Assembly (NCBI RefSeq): GCF_009834535.1
Contig: NC_045697.1
Span: 37,760,001 to 37,824,000 of the forward strand
Direction of reading: 5' to 3'
Source: Camelus ferus
Lineage: Eukaryota
Length of the DNA: 64,000 nucleotides
The notes beneath the pieces were generated by a model. The model saw nothing but the letters and a program-made list of their open reading frames with translations, had not been told where the DNA came from and did no database searches. Position numbers and translations under genes: made by a program. Each line of letters opens with the position of its first letter. Position 1 is the stretch's first letter. Shown in pieces: positions 63,893-64,000 of this stretch.

Positions 63893-64000
63893 TAGTAATA
63901 GTAGCAAGCATTTATTGGGTGTCTATTCTGTTCTGGGCATCGTTCCAAGTGCCTTACAGATGTTAACTCATTTAAGCCTCACAACACTATGACAGAGGTT
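63893..64000 (-). mobile_element. MIR SINE, runs off window end
   Basis: gcatttattgggtgtctattctgttctgggcatcgttccaagtgccttacagatgttaactcatttaagcctcacaac. Confidence 0.8.

Noticed and set aside
1..64000. CRISPR array, operon or other novel multi-gene system
   Set aside because: No regularly spaced repeat-spacer array and no gene-dense region; the sequence is repeat-rich mammalian non-coding DNA.

Overview
Mammalian non-coding DNA, very probably from a camelid (alpaca, llama or camel). Three tRNA-derived SINEs resemble the camelid vic-1 family and there are several young lineage-specific L1 3' ends; I saw no Alu, B1/B2, Bov-A/BovB or PRE-1. The window is rich in interspersed repeats (MIR, L2, old L1M, young L1, MLT1 LTRs, MER DNA transposons) and microsatellites, separated by unique blocks that may be regulatory. 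I recognise no host protein-coding exon, rRNA, true tRNA or CRISPR array. The only ORF-track peptides I recognise are L1 ORF2 fragments. An apparent A>T/C>G skew on + and one good minus-strand micro-exon candidate suggest a long intron of a minus-strand gene, which I cannot name. I found no support for a new multi-gene system. The best-supported oddities are retrotransposition footprints: an ancient L2 fragment with an L1-type target-site duplication (TSD) and A-tail, a probable L1 3' transduction, a twin-priming inversion and nested L1s. One L1 copy also shows strongly AT-to-GC-biased substitutions. Repeat subfamily names and most boundaries were assigned by eye and are approximate; TSD coordinates were read directly from the sequence.
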